A DNA stretch of 64,000 nucleotides, from NCBI GenBank assembly GCA_965223905.1, contig CBDCXV010000010.1, positions 672,001-736,000 of the forward strand, in the 5' to 3' direction. Source of the stretch: Candidatus Latescibacterota bacterium. Its GTDB lineage: Bacteria > Latescibacterota > UBA2968 > UBA8231. The notes under the pieces were generated by a model. That model searched no databases, had not been told where the DNA came from, and saw nothing but the letters and a program-made list of their open reading frames with translations. Shown piece by piece: positions 19,610-29,962 of the stretch. The translations under genes were made by a program, and so were the position numbers. The stretch's first letter is position 1; each line of letters starts with the position of its first letter.

Positions 19610-20058
19610 TCGAGAGCCTGGTTCCCTGGTACCTCTGGCTCAAGGCGATCCACCTCATCTCGATGATCGCCTGGATGGCGGGACTGCTCTACCTGCCGCG
19701 GCTGTTCGTCTACCACACCGGGGTCGCCGTCGACTCCGACGCCTACCGCGCCTTCGAGACCATGGAACGCCGCCTGCTCCGGGTCATCATCAACCCGTCG
19801 GGAATCGCCGTTTTCGTCACGGGAATCCTGCTGATCGCCGCCACCGGCGCCGGCGCTCCGGGCACCGGAGCCTGGATGCACCTGAAGCTCCTGCTCGTCC
19901 TCGGGTTGGGGGCGCTGCACGGCATGATGGCGCGCTACCGCAAGGATTTCGAGCGCCGGCAGAACAGGAAGACGCAGAAGTTCTACCGGGTCTTCAACGA
20001 GATCCCGACGGTGCTGATGATCGCCATCGTCCTCCTCGCCGTCCTCAAGCCGTTCTGA
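19606..20058 (+). CDS. hemJ: Protoporphyrinogen IX oxidase HemJ
   Basis: WLKAIHLISMIAWMAGLLYLPRLFVYH, MERRL..IINP, FYRVFNEIPT, VLKPF. Confidence 0.93.
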   Translation: MIESLVPWYLWLKAIHLISMIAWMAGLLYLPRLFVYHTGVAVDSDAYRAFETMERRLLRVIINPSGIAVFVTGILLIAATGAGAPGTGAWMHLKLLLVLGLGALHGMMARYRKDFERRQNRKTQKFYRVFNEIPTVLMIAIVLLAVLKPF

Positions 20059-20060
20059 CC

Positions 20061-20909
20061 ATGCTTTTCGGCGCCCACCAATCGATCTCGGGAGGGGTTT
20101 TCAACGCCATCGGGCGCGGCCGGGAGGCGACCTGCGACACCGTCCAGATCTTCAACAAATCGAACAACCAGTGGCGCGCCAAGAAGCTGGCCGCCGCGGA
20201 GATCGACCAGTTCCTCGAAGCGATCGCGGCCACCGGGATCGGGGTGGCCTGCTCCCACGACAGCTACCTCATCAACCTCGCTTCACCCGATCCCGGGCTC
20301 GAGGAGAAGTCGCTGGCTTCCTTCGTCACCGAGGTGGAACGCTGCAACCTCCTGCGCATCCCCAACCTCGTCTTTCACCCGGGCTCCCACGTCGGTTCCG
20401 GGGTCGAGAGCGGCCTCGACCGCATCGCCGCCAACCTCAACCGCGTCTTCGACGAGGTGCCGGACAACGAGGTCTGCCTGTGCCTCGAAGCCACCGCCGG
20501 GCAGGGCTCCAATCTCGGCCATCGCTTCGAGCAGCTCGCCTGGATCATCGACCGCGTCGACAACGCCGGACAGATGGGCGCCTGTATCGACACCTGCCAC
20601 CTGTTCGCCGCCGGGTATCCCCTTGCCGATGCGGAGGAATACGCCGCGACCATGACGCAGTTCGACGAAATCGTCGGCCTCGAGCGATTGAGGATAATCC
20701 ACGCCAACGACAGCAAGAGGGAGCTGGGGTCCCGCGTCGACCGCCACGAGCATATCGGTGAGGGAGAAATCGGCCTGGAGGGGTTCCGCAACGTCGTCAA
20801 CGACGAGCGCCTGCAGGAGATCCCGGTGATCATCGAGACCCCGAAGGGGGAGGACCTGGCCGAGGACGTCGAGAACCTGCGGGTGCTGCGCTCCCTGGTC
20901 GCCTCATAG
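20061..20909 (+). CDS. nfo: Endonuclease IV (AP endonuclease)
   Basis: FGAHQSISGG, HDSYLINLAS, VFHPGSH, LEATAGQG, CIDTCHLFAAGY, HANDSK, DRHEHIGEG, IETP. Confidence 0.95.
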   Translation: MLFGAHQSISGGVFNAIGRGREATCDTVQIFNKSNNQWRAKKLAAAEIDQFLEAIAATGIGVACSHDSYLINLASPDPGLEEKSLASFVTEVERCNLLRIPNLVFHPGSHVGSGVESGLDRIAANLNRVFDEVPDNEVCLCLEATAGQGSNLGHRFEQLAWIIDRVDNAGQMGACIDTCHLFAAGYPLADAEEYAATMTQFDEIVGLERLRIIHANDSKRELGSRVDRHEHIGEGEIGLEGFRNVVNDERLQEIPVIIETPKGEDLAEDVENLRVLRSLVAS

Positions 20910-21044
20910 TTACACGCCCCGGGACCGATCGCCGGGAACTCTGTCACCCCGAGGCGGTCTCCAGTGCCGCTTCGTCCCCCGGGGCCGGAAGAAATCGGCG
21001 ATGACCTCACGGGATCGAGGCCACCCCTTCCCGCGTGCCGAATC

Positions 21045-21743
21045 TCAGGGCCCGCGGAACTCCGCCTTGTTCCAGTACTTTCCCAGGTTGGTCCGGATCC
21101 ATTCGAGAGGGGCGAAGCGGAGCGCGTTGAAACCGCCCCAGGTCCAGCGCTCAGGCAGCCGGCGCCCGATCAGCCTGCGGATCAGCTTCTGACGCTGCTC
21201 CCCTTCCACCAGCTCGACATCCCGGCCGAGGCGGACAAGGGACCGCTCGTACACCGACGTTATCAGGTTGTACGCATGGCGGACGAGCTTCTCCGGTTGC
21301 GTAACCATGACCCTCGGGCAGACCATGCCGCCCTCCCGGATGGCGAATCTCCTGAGCCAGCGGTCCGGGGCTTCCCCCTCGTGGCGCTCGACCGCCTCGG
21401 CAATGGTAGCGGGGGTCATTACCGCGTAGGTGCGGCAGATCAGCGGCCGCACCGGGTAGATGGAGCAGCGGTTGTCGGCCGCGAGGAAGGGACATCGTCG
21501 CGGCCGCTCCTCGGTCACCGCCAGCAACTCGCGCCGTTTCTCCTCGGGGAACTGCTCGGTCACCCAGCGGACGATGTTGAGGTACTCGGCGCGGTAGAGC
21601 GGAAACATGGTCGCGTACCCCTCCTCCATCTCCTTCTCCGTCAGCGAGCAGCACTCCCCTGAATTGGCGCAGCAGGTCGCCGGCACCTGATCGTAGAGCA
21701 CCCGCAGCTCTTCGGCGAGTTTCTCACCGTTCAGTCGCGGCAT
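21045..21743 (-). CDS. YkgJ/CxxCxxCC-like cysteine cluster protein
   Basis: TCCANSGECC and CPFL....CSIYPVRPLICRTY. Confidence 0.8.
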   Translation of the reverse strand: MPRLNGEKLAEELRVLYDQVPATCCANSGECCSLTEKEMEEGYATMFPLYRAEYLNIVRWVTEQFPEEKRRELLAVTEERPRRCPFLAADNRCSIYPVRPLICRTYAVMTPATIAEAVERHEGEAPDRWLRRFAIREGGMVCPRVMVTQPEKLVRHAYNLITSVYERSLVRLGRDVELVEGEQRQKLIRRLIGRRLPERWTWGGFNALRFAPLEWIRTNLGKYWNKAEFRGP

Positions 21744-21839
21744 CGAAAGTCTCCCGTTGTGCCAAGAGGGTCCCCGGGGGGAGTCGACGATTCCGAATAG
21801 CCTCCGCGCCCGAGGTCGGCCGTGCCAGTCCGGGCATGC

Positions 21840-23939
21840 TCAGAACCTCTGGTCCCGCTTCCGACCCCCGGATCCTCCGTGCAGGGGACAGAGCTCGGGC
21901 AGGACCCCGTCGGCGATGAACAGCTCCTCCGACTTCCTCGGGCAGTAGCGCGTCGCCAGGCTGTGGCTGTCCTCGCAGACCTGCAGGGAGGTGACCGCTC
22001 CCTCGGGGTAGTCGAAGTCCTGCCGGCGGCGCTTCTGGTATTCGGGGATGGTGTCGTACACCTCCTTCATGAAGTTTGCCCACAATGGGAGGGCGGCGCG
22101 CGATCCCGGCTGCCTCCCGAGAGTCTGGGCGGGGTCGTCCATTCCCACCCAGACCCCGGCGACGAGATGCGGGGTGAAGCCGATGAACCAGGCATCGGCG
22201 TACTCGTTGGTGGTTCCGGTCTTGCCGCCCGCCGGGGAGTGGAAGCCGTAGCGGGTGCGCGCTCCCCGGCCGGTTCCGCCCACCTCGTCCATCACCGACC
22301 GCATCAGGTCCGTCATCAGCACCGCTACCGAGGGGCGCAGCACCTCTCTGGCGATCACCGAGGGCTCGAACACCACGTTGCCTTCGGAGTCCTCGATGCG
22401 CTCGACGACGACCGGGGGCACGAGCACCCCCTTGTTGGGGAACACGCCGAAGGCGGCGACCAGCTCGAGGAGATGGACCTCGCTGGTGCCGACGCCGATC
22501 GACTCGAAGGGGCGGAGCGGCGCCGTTATCCCCATGTTGCGCGCGTACTGGACGACCCGCTCGGGGCCTACCAAGATCGCCAGCTTCAGGGCCACGAGGT
22601 TGCGCGACTGCTTGAAGGCGTCGCGCAGCGTCATCGGTCCCTTGAACTTGTGGTCGTAGTTCTCGGGATCCCAGACCTTCCCGGTGACCGGATCGACGAT
22701 GGTGATGGCGTTGTCCTCGTACACGTCGACGGGGAAGATCCCGTTGTCGAAGGCCGCGGTGTAGACGAACGGCTTGAAGGAGGAGCCGGCCTGCCGCAGG
22801 GCCTGGGTCGCCCTGTTGAACTCGCTGTCGCTGAAATCGCGGCCGCCGATCATGGCCAGAACGTGCCCGGTGGAGGGATCCAGGGCTACGAAGGCTGCCT
22901 GGACCAGCGCCGAATCCGGCGTTCCGGGGGTATGGGCCCGGGACGCCATGAACTTGTCGACCCTCTCCTGCACCTTGCCGATCTCGGTGACGAACAGGGT
23001 TTCGGCTATCCGCTGCAGCCGCGAATCGAGGGTGGTCTGCACCCTGAAGCCGTCGCGGTACAGGGAGAGGCCGTACTCGCGGTTGAGCTGCTGGCGCACG
23101 TGCTCGACGAAGTAGGGGCCCAGGCCGAAGGTTTCGGCGTGCCGCCGCTTGCGCACCTCCACCGGCTGCTTCTGCAGCCGTAGAAAATCCGCCTCGGTCA
23201 GTTTGCCGGAGCGCATCATCTGCGAGAGCACCTTGTTGCGGCGCCGGGCCGCGCGCTCGGGGTTGACCAAGGGACTGTAGGAGTTGGGCTTCGGCAGCAG
23301 CCCCGCCAGGGTCGCGCACTCCTCCACCGTCAGGTCCGCTACTTCCTTGTCGAAATACAGGCGCGCGGCCGATTTGAGGCCGTACGCATCGTGTCCGAAG
23401 AAGACGGTGTTTAGGTACATCATCAGGATCTCGCGCTTGGTGTAGAGGCGCTCGACGTGGACCGCGGTGATCCACTCGCGGATTTTGCGCGCGTAGGTCG
23501 CCAGAAGCTCGCCGAAGGTGCCGCTGCCTCTCTGGCGGCCGACCTGCGGGTACAGGTTGCGCGCCAGCTGCTGCGTCAGGGTGCTCGCCCCCTCCGCGGT
23601 CAGATCGAGCGAGACGACGTTTGCGTACACCGCCCCGAAGATCCGCCGCAGGTCGATGCCCCAGTGCGAGTAGAAGCGGCGGTCCTCGATGGCGATCAGG
23701 GCCTCCTCCATCGCCTGCGGGATCTCCTCGTACCCCTTGAGCAGCTCGCGGTTCTCCTCGAGGAAATTGCGCAGATGCTTGCCGTCGGCGGAGAAAACCT
23801 TGGTGATACGCTTGGGCTGGAATCGCTCGAGCTCGTCGATGTCGGGAAGGTCGTCGTCGAACAGGTTGACGGCGACCACCAGGGAGATGCCGTACACCGC
23901 CATGCAAGCGAATGCGATCAGCGGCAGGAATTTCAGCAT
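21840..23939 (-). CDS. Class A penicillin-binding protein (PBP1A family)
   Basis: N-terminal TM, glycosyltransferase motifs EDRRFYSHWGID, GASTLTQQLARN, RKIRE, YLN. Transpeptidase motifs SSFK, SRN, KTG. Likely start ATG 23939 (MLKFLP). Confidence 0.93.
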   Translation of the reverse strand: MLKFLPLIAFACMAVYGISLVVAVNLFDDDLPDIDELERFQPKRITKVFSADGKHLRNFLEENRELLKGYEEIPQAMEEALIAIEDRRFYSHWGIDLRRIFGAVYANVVSLDLTAEGASTLTQQLARNLYPQVGRQRGSGTFGELLATYARKIREWITAVHVERLYTKREILMMYLNTVFFGHDAYGLKSAARLYFDKEVADLTVEECATLAGLLPKPNSYSPLVNPERAARRRNKVLSQMMRSGKLTEADFLRLQKQPVEVRKRRHAETFGLGPYFVEHVRQQLNREYGLSLYRDGFRVQTTLDSRLQRIAETLFVTEIGKVQERVDKFMASRAHTPGTPDSALVQAAFVALDPSTGHVLAMIGGRDFSDSEFNRATQALRQAGSSFKPFVYTAAFDNGIFPVDVYEDNAITIVDPVTGKVWDPENYDHKFKGPMTLRDAFKQSRNLVALKLAILVGPERVVQYARNMGITAPLRPFESIGVGTSEVHLLELVAAFGVFPNKGVLVPPVVVERIEDSEGNVVFEPSVIAREVLRPSVAVLMTDLMRSVMDEVGGTGRGARTRYGFHSPAGGKTGTTNEYADAWFIGFTPHLVAGVWVGMDDPAQTLGRQPGSRAALPLWANFMKEVYDTIPEYQKRRRQDFDYPEGAVTSLQVCEDSHSLATRYCPRKSEELFIADGVLPELCPLHGGSGGRKRDQRF

Positions 23940-23967
23940 CCGGGCGGCCCCTCTCCTCGCGGACCGG

Positions 23968-26900
23968 CTACTCGTAGTAGCCGGCGACCCGGCGGGTGTT
24001 GTACTCCAGCACGTACTCGACATGTTCCGGGCTCGTCGGGTAGGACTCGGTTGCCGGGTACGGGTACCTGCTCATGCCGTGAAACGGCAGCGGCTCGACC
24101 GTGAGGGAGGCGGCGCTGTGGAAGTCCATGTCCTTGCCGAAGCCGTCCGAGTAGAACAGGAAGGTCCTGCTCATGCCCTCGGCGAGCGGCGGGAAGGCGG
24201 CGGCGGCGACCTCCATGGTCAGCTCGTCACCATGAGACATGATGACGAAGCGGTCGTCCACCTCCCGGAGCAGGCCGGACACCGGGCCGAGCCGGGTAAA
24301 GGCACCTGCATGCGTGCCCCAGTCGGTGTAGGGATCGAGGCGGCCGTAGTCGTAGCGGAAGGCAAACGTCCCCTTGATCGAGGTGTGTTCCGGGTAGCCG
24401 CGCCAGTGCAGGTCCGCGGCCTCGAAGCCGCGGCGGTGAACGGTGACGCCGCCCTCGGCGATATCCCCGATGAGAATCTGGTCGAAGTAGACGGCCGCGG
24501 TGGTGGTGATGCGCACCTGCCGGACCCCGGCCGGCAGGGCTCCGGAGAGGTCGACGAGCATCCGCTTCGGCAGTCCCGCTGGCACCCCCAGGTCGGCGAT
24601 GGCCGTGCGCCAGCCTCCGGCGCCGTCGGGAATCTCCAGCCGCGGCGAGGAGAGCTGCAGCCGCGCCTGTGCCGCGGCCCAGTTCGAGGTCGAGTGGGCG
24701 TAGTCGACCCAGCCGTGGGCCAGCAGCGCCGGGCGCTTCATCCCCGACAGGTCGCCGAGGTCGAGAATCAGCGAGTACTCGCGCGCGTACCCGTGTATGC
24801 GCAGGCGCTCGAAGCCGTCGTACCAGTCGTCGTCGACCTGCTCGAGCTGCCCGAGGATGTCGTTGCCGCGGTCGTCGCGGGCGGCCGCGAGCGGCCGCAG
24901 TCCGGCCAGGGCGCAGGCCTCGAACTGCGGGTACGGCGGCGCCGACAGGAGGCGCTCGTTCGGGTGCACCTCGAGCCCGGGGGGATGGTCGACGGCGATC
25001 AGCTCGGCGGCGTCGAGGTAGATGATCTCCTCGAGCTGGTTTGCCGCCTGCAGGACGTAGCGCCCCTCCTTCGGAACCAGCTCCCCGATGCGCACGTACT
25101 CGTCGTGGTCGGGGGTGTAGTACTCGCCCGGCGCCGTGAGGTACCCGATGATGCCTCCCCCCAGGAAGTCGGTCACGAAGCGGAAGCGGCTTCCGTCCCA
25201 GGCGTAGAGGATGGGGCACGAGGTCCCCTTGCGGTTGAGCTCCACGAGGTCGAGGCGCTGCCGCGCCGCGGTCGCCAGCTCCGTCTGCCGGACCCCGCTC
25301 GGCCACAGGATGCGGACGAATTCGACCGAGTCGGCCGCTCCCAGACCGAAGGTGAGGCTCGACGGCGAGCGGCTGCCCCCGCGCAGCTCCCGCTTCTGCT
25401 GGTGGCTGCGGGTCTTGACCTCCACCTTGGCGCCGAACCCGTCGAGGTTGCTGTTCAGGCCGCTGAGCCCGATGCGGACCCAGCTGCCGCCCGCGGTGGT
25501 GTTGGCGTGCAGCTCCCCGTCGGACCAGAGGTCGAGGTCGCCGTCGCCGTCGAAGTCCTCGAGCAGGACCAGCCCGGCCGCCTCCCCCGCGCGCAGCGTC
25601 GCATCGCTCGGCCGGAAGCTGCCGCCGGTGCGCTGCAGGAAACGGATTCCGCCCTTTCCGAAGGCGACGAGGTCGAGGTCGCCGTCGTTGTCGACGTCCG
25701 CGGCGCGAATGCCTCGGGCCCCGTCCAGATCGACCTTTCCGGCTCTCTTGCCCTCGAAACCGCGGCCGCCGCCCCTGTTTTCAAAGGTGCGGACCTCGCC
25801 ACCAGGCGAGATCGAGGCGATATCCATGCGCCCGTCCGGGGACAGGTCGCCGACGCAGATATCCGCGATGGCGCTGCCCTCTCCGGAGAGTCGGCCGATG
25901 CCGCGGTCGGCAGCGCGGTCGGAGAAAGTGCCGTCGCGGTTGTTCTCGTAGAGCTCGACCGCCCCGCCGTCTGAAAGGACGAGGAAGTCGACGTCGCGGT
26001 CGTTGTCGAAGTCGGAGAAAACCGCTTCCCGGCCGGGATCGCCCCCTACCCCGGCATCCTGCGTGATGTCGGTGAAGGCGGCGCTGCCGTCGTTGCTCAG
26101 CAGGCGCTTGCCTCCTGCCCCCGCCTGCAGCAGGTCGAGGTCGCCGTCGTGGTCGACGTCTGCGGGAACCGACCGCGAGGAAGCGCCGCCGAGGGGGATC
26201 GATTTCCCGAAGCGGCCGCCCTCGTTGACGGCAGCCAGGCTGGCTGCGGCGCTGACGACCATGTCGGAATCGCCGTCGCCGTCGAAGTCTCCGAAAGCCA
26301 GGTCGCCAGCGCCCTCCACCGCTACCGGGAAGCTCCAGCGTTCGTCCGCGCCCAATCCCTCTCCGTCACTCCCCGACCACAGGCGAATCCCCGCCGCAGT
26401 CGCGACCACGAGGCCGGGCCTGTCCTCGCCGTCGATCCCCGCTACTGCGGCCGCGGCCAGCGGCGTCTCGCCGGGGGGGGCCTCATGGCGAAGCTCGAAG
26501 GAGATGGCCGCGGCCGGCGCCTCGCGCGTTTCGCCTGCGTAGCTGCCGTCGGCGAGCGCCTCGGCGTACTTCCCCTGGCCCTGGTAGGAGGAGCTGACTC
26601 CCTCGTGTCCGGCGCGGCTGAGCTGGTCGAATTTCTCCAGCGTCCGGCGCCACTCCGCGGTGCGCTGCTGCAGCCGGAACTGATGGGCGAGGGCGTAGTG
26701 GGCGGAGACGCTGGTAGGGTCGAGCTCGATGGCGCGCTCGAACTCCGCTACCGCCTCGTCCCCGCGCTCCAGTTTCGCCAGGGTGCGGCCGAGGTAGTAG
26801 TGCACCAGCGGATCGTCGTCGTCGGCTGCGACCACCACCTCGAAGGCGGCCAGGGCCGCCTCGTGCTCCTTGCCCTGGGCGTGAAAGATCAGCCCGCGGG

Positions 26901-27252
26901 TGTAGTGGGAGTGCAGCAGGTGGGGGTGGCGCTCGAGGGCTTCGTCGAGCGCCACCAGGGCGGAATCGTACTTGCCCAGGCTGAAAAGGGCGATCCCGAG
27001 GTTGGAACGGGCCAGCGCGTACGAGGGGTCGGCCGCGGCCGCGGCGGCGAATTGCTCGCGCCCGCGAACGTAGTTGTGCTGGTCCATGTAGACGACGCCC
27101 TGATTGTTGTGCCAGCGCGCTTGCAGGCGCTCTGGCGACGGCCCCCCGGGTTGGCAGGACAACCCTGTGAGGGCCGATGAGCAGAGGAACAGCAGGGCGG
27201 CGCTACGGAGGGGTGAGTTCTTGACTGGTACGGGTCGCATTTCTACCTTCAT
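23968..27252 (-). CDS. Probable lipoprotein with TPR, FG-GAP repeats and ASPIC/UnbV domain (CRTAC1-like)
   Basis: Signal peptide with LTGLSC, N-terminal TPRs, repeated D[FV]DxDGDxD motifs, SNLDGFGAKVEV...FGLG...VRILWPSG, then SCPILYAWDG and an extra C-terminal domain. Start 27252 or 27240. Confidence 0.85.
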   Translation of the reverse strand: MKVEMRPVPVKNSPLRSAALLFLCSSALTGLSCQPGGPSPERLQARWHNNQGVVYMDQHNYVRGREQFAAAAAADPSYALARSNLGIALFSLGKYDSALVALDEALERHPHLLHSHYTRGLIFHAQGKEHEAALAAFEVVVAADDDDPLVHYYLGRTLAKLERGDEAVAEFERAIELDPTSVSAHYALAHQFRLQQRTAEWRRTLEKFDQLSRAGHEGVSSSYQGQGKYAEALADGSYAGETREAPAAAISFELRHEAPPGETPLAAAAVAGIDGEDRPGLVVATAAGIRLWSGSDGEGLGADERWSFPVAVEGAGDLAFGDFDGDGDSDMVVSAAASLAAVNEGGRFGKSIPLGGASSRSVPADVDHDGDLDLLQAGAGGKRLLSNDGSAAFTDITQDAGVGGDPGREAVFSDFDNDRDVDFLVLSDGGAVELYENNRDGTFSDRAADRGIGRLSGEGSAIADICVGDLSPDGRMDIASISPGGEVRTFENRGGGRGFEGKRAGKVDLDGARGIRAADVDNDGDLDLVAFGKGGIRFLQRTGGSFRPSDATLRAGEAAGLVLLEDFDGDGDLDLWSDGELHANTTAGGSWVRIGLSGLNSNLDGFGAKVEVKTRSHQQKRELRGGSRSPSSLTFGLGAADSVEFVRILWPSGVRQTELATAARQRLDLVELNRKGTSCPILYAWDGSRFRFVTDFLGGGIIGYLTAPGEYYTPDHDEYVRIGELVPKEGRYVLQAANQLEEIIYLDAAELIAVDHPPGLEVHPNERLLSAPPYPQFEACALAGLRPLAAARDDRGNDILGQLEQVDDDWYDGFERLRIHGYAREYSLILDLGDLSGMKRPALLAHGWVDYAHSTSNWAAAQARLQLSSPRLEIPDGAGGWRTAIADLGVPAGLPKRMLVDLSGALPAGVRQVRITTTAAVYFDQILIGDIAEGGVTVHRRGFEAADLHWRGYPEHTSIKGTFAFRYDYGRLDPYTDWGTHAGAFTRLGPVSGLLREVDDRFVIMSHGDELTMEVAAAAFPPLAEGMSRTFLFYSDGFGKDMDFHSAASLTVEPLPFHGMSRYPYPATESYPTSPEHVEYVLEYNTRRVAGYYE

Positions 27253-27319
27253 CGCTCCTGAAAATCGCCGCGGAACAGAGATGTTGGAGAATCCTGTTTG
27301 CGGCTTGTCGAGGTTTCGG

Positions 27320-27395
27320 GCGGGAGTAGCTCAGTTGGTAGAGCCCAACGTTGCCAACGTTGTTGTCGCGGGTTCGAGTCCCGTCTCCCGCTCCA
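27320..27395 (+). tRNA. tRNA-Gly (GCC)
   Basis: 76 nt. GCGGGAG/CTCCCGC acceptor stem, TAGCTCAGTTGGTAGAGC D arm, CAACG-TTGCCAA-CGTTG anticodon arm, GGTTCGAGTCCC T arm, encoded CCA. Confidence 0.98.
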
Positions 27396-27515
27396 TCACA
27401 CTTCACTAGAGTGGTTCCACTGACCGGGTTCTTCCCCGTCAGCAAATCAAAAATCGGATGTTGGCGAATCCGGGCAATAGACCTGCCCCGTTCAGCCGCA
27501 TCCGATCGAAAGTCG

Positions 27516-27548
27516 ACCCGGCCGAGATCCCCGGCCGGGTTTCTTTTT
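27516..27548 (+). terminator. Intrinsic terminator downstream of tRNA-Gly
   Basis: ACCCGGCCG-agatccc-CGGCCGGGT hairpin followed by TTCTTTTT. Confidence 0.7.
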
Positions 27549-27576
27549 GTACCCGCCCCGGTGGTGGCGGGCAGCT

Positions 27577-29952
27577 TCAAACCTTTCCCTCCCGAAGCTG
27601 CAGCAACGCCGGCAGCAGGGTGACCGCGGCGACGAAGCAGCAGCCCAGTCCGAACAGCGAAACCGTGCCGATCCAGTAGAGCGCCGGGTGATGAGCCGGC
27701 ACCAGTCCGGCGAATCCCACCATGGTCGTCATCGTCGTCGCCACCAGCGCCACCCCGGTTGTGCGCAGCACCAGGCGCAGGGAGCCCCTCCCGGACTCGC
27801 GGTAGCGGTGGAAGATGTGCACGGCGTTGTCGATACCCATGCCGATGATCGTCGGGAAGGCGACCATGTTGTAGATGTTGACGCGGTAGTCGAGCAGGTA
27901 CATGAACCCGGTCACCCAAGCCAGCGCCGTCAGCAACGGCGTCAGCACGAGCACCGTGTCGACAACGTTGCGCAGATCGATCAGAAGGACCACGAAGACT
28001 ACCAGCAGGGTCACCACCACCGCCTTCACGGCATCGTCGAGCATCAGCTCGAGCATCTCGGCGAAGATGATGTGGGCGCTCGAGGCGTGGTAGGTGCCCT
28101 TCCCGGTGCGGATCTCCTTGATCTCGCGGGCGAAGTTCATGGCGTTGCGGCCGTCGCGCAGAGGCACCGAGGCGTTGATCATCACGAACGACAGGATGTC
28201 GCCGTCCTTGCTCGAAAAGCTCTTGGTCAGGTCCTCGGGCAGATCCTCCAGCGACAGGCGCTCGACCTCAAGGTACTGCCGCAGGGAATCGAGGCGCACC
28301 CGGTCGCCGTCGCTCAACAGGTTCTCGTTGCTGTCGAGCAACCCGCGGATGCCGGCGATCAGGGCCAGCTTCCCCTCCTGGTCGGCAGGCAGGGCGCTGT
28401 AGACGCTCCTGACCGAGCGGATGGTCGACGAATCGCCGCGCGCCGCCTTGATCCTTTTCACCGCCGACACCACCTCCGTCGCTTCCTCGAAGCTCTCGGT
28501 CAGCACGATCGCCGGCGAGCGCGTCTCCTTGAGGTCCTCGGGAAGCGTCGCCTTCGGACCGGAGCGCGGCAGCTCAGGACGCAGCTTCTTGAAGTCGTAC
28601 TCGAAGCGGAGGTCGTTGAGGTGGTAGAGCGAGTAGGCGGTAGCGATCACCCCTAGAGCCACGGTCGCCACCGAGAACGGATAGCGGCCCATGCGCAGCA
28701 GGTGAACGGGCACGCTCTTCTGCTGCAGCCGGATCAGGTCGAAGCGCTCGGCGAGCACGATGAAGGCGGGACAGACGACGAGGATCGCCCCGAGGGAGAA
28801 CAGGATGCCGGTCCCGACGATGAAGCCGAACTCCGAGAACCCCTTGAAGTCGGAAAACAGCAGCGAGAAGAAGGCGACGGAGGTGGTTACCGCGGTGGTC
28901 GTCAAGGCGCTGCCGGTGTGGACGACGGTCTCGACAAGGGCGTCCTCCGTGCCCATGCCGCGGCGGCGCGCCTCGCGATAGCGGGCGAAGATGTGAATTC
29001 CGAAATCGATGCCGAGGCCGAAAAGGATCGCGAACAGGCAGACGGTGATCTGGTTGAGGTTGCCGATGACGATCTTGGTCAGCCCGAAGGTCCAGGCCAG
29101 CGACATCAGCAGCGGCACGATGATGAAGATCGGCGCGAAAACCTGCCGGAAGTGGATCGATATGAGCACCAGCACCCCGACAAAGGCCAGCATCGCCGAG
29201 GACCTGAGATCGTCGACGACTACCTCGTACTGCTGGGAAGCGTTCTTGAAGCTGCCCTGGTAGTCGCACTGGATGTCGGGATGGAAACGGGCAGGGTCGA
29301 TCGCGGCGATAGTCTCGTCGAGGCTGCGGCGCAGCTGGCGGGTGAACTCGATGTCGGTGATCACCCCGGTCGGATACAGGCGCAGGATCACCCCGTTCTT
29401 CTCCTCGGTCAGGTAATAGTCCCTGTCGAGGCCGCTGGCCTGGTGTCCTTCGTACTTCTGCTCGATGTCGCTGAAGTCGAGGTCGCCCCCCTCCTCCTCT
29501 TCATCGAAGCCGAAGTAGAGAGGAGAGCGTTTCAGCTTTTCGAGCTCGACGCGGTCCTCGACCCGGCGGCGGATCTCCTCGAGGTCCCCGGTCTCCATGT
29601 AGAGCAGGCGGTTGCGGCTGAAGAACCCGGTGCTCTTGCCGCGGATCACCGAGCTGATCAGGGGATTGCCTTCCAGCGAGTCGGCGAGGACGAGCATGAA
29701 GTCGACGCAGCGCTGCAGGTCGCTGCCTGTGACGATGACCATCGAGGGCCCGATGCCGCCGACCCGTTCCTTGATGCGGTTGAGCTCGCGAACGCTGGTG
29801 TAGTCGTCGGGCAGCAGGTCGGCGGAATCCGCCTTGATGCGCAGCTGCACGGCGAAGCTGCCGGCCGCGACCGACAGGGCCAGCGCCACCAGGATGATGC
29901 CGATGTGGTGGTGGTAGACGTAGTGGACTATGCGTTCGTAGCTGACGCGCAT
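27577..29952 (-). CDS. MMPL/RND family lipid transporter (HpnN-like)
   Basis: Two repeats of TM1, large periplasmic loop and 5 TMs. LFGLGIDFGIH and IIGMGIDNAVH motifs, TTTAVTT, FSEFG, LLPALL. Confidence 0.9.
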   Translation of the reverse strand: MRVSYERIVHYVYHHHIGIILVALALSVAAGSFAVQLRIKADSADLLPDDYTSVRELNRIKERVGGIGPSMVIVTGSDLQRCVDFMLVLADSLEGNPLISSVIRGKSTGFFSRNRLLYMETGDLEEIRRRVEDRVELEKLKRSPLYFGFDEEEEGGDLDFSDIEQKYEGHQASGLDRDYYLTEEKNGVILRLYPTGVITDIEFTRQLRRSLDETIAAIDPARFHPDIQCDYQGSFKNASQQYEVVVDDLRSSAMLAFVGVLVLISIHFRQVFAPIFIIVPLLMSLAWTFGLTKIVIGNLNQITVCLFAILFGLGIDFGIHIFARYREARRRGMGTEDALVETVVHTGSALTTTAVTTSVAFFSLLFSDFKGFSEFGFIVGTGILFSLGAILVVCPAFIVLAERFDLIRLQQKSVPVHLLRMGRYPFSVATVALGVIATAYSLYHLNDLRFEYDFKKLRPELPRSGPKATLPEDLKETRSPAIVLTESFEEATEVVSAVKRIKAARGDSSTIRSVRSVYSALPADQEGKLALIAGIRGLLDSNENLLSDGDRVRLDSLRQYLEVERLSLEDLPEDLTKSFSSKDGDILSFVMINASVPLRDGRNAMNFAREIKEIRTGKGTYHASSAHIIFAEMLELMLDDAVKAVVVTLLVVFVVLLIDLRNVVDTVLVLTPLLTALAWVTGFMYLLDYRVNIYNMVAFPTIIGMGIDNAVHIFHRYRESGRGSLRLVLRTTGVALVATTMTTMVGFAGLVPAHHPALYWIGTVSLFGLGCCFVAAVTLLPALLQLREGKV

Positions 29953-29962
29953 CGCTGCCCGA

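Noticed and set aside
27320-27576. tRNA-Gly as the integration site of the adjacent lipid locus
   Set aside because: No integrase, no duplicated tRNA 3' end noticed, and downstream genes have host-like codon usage.
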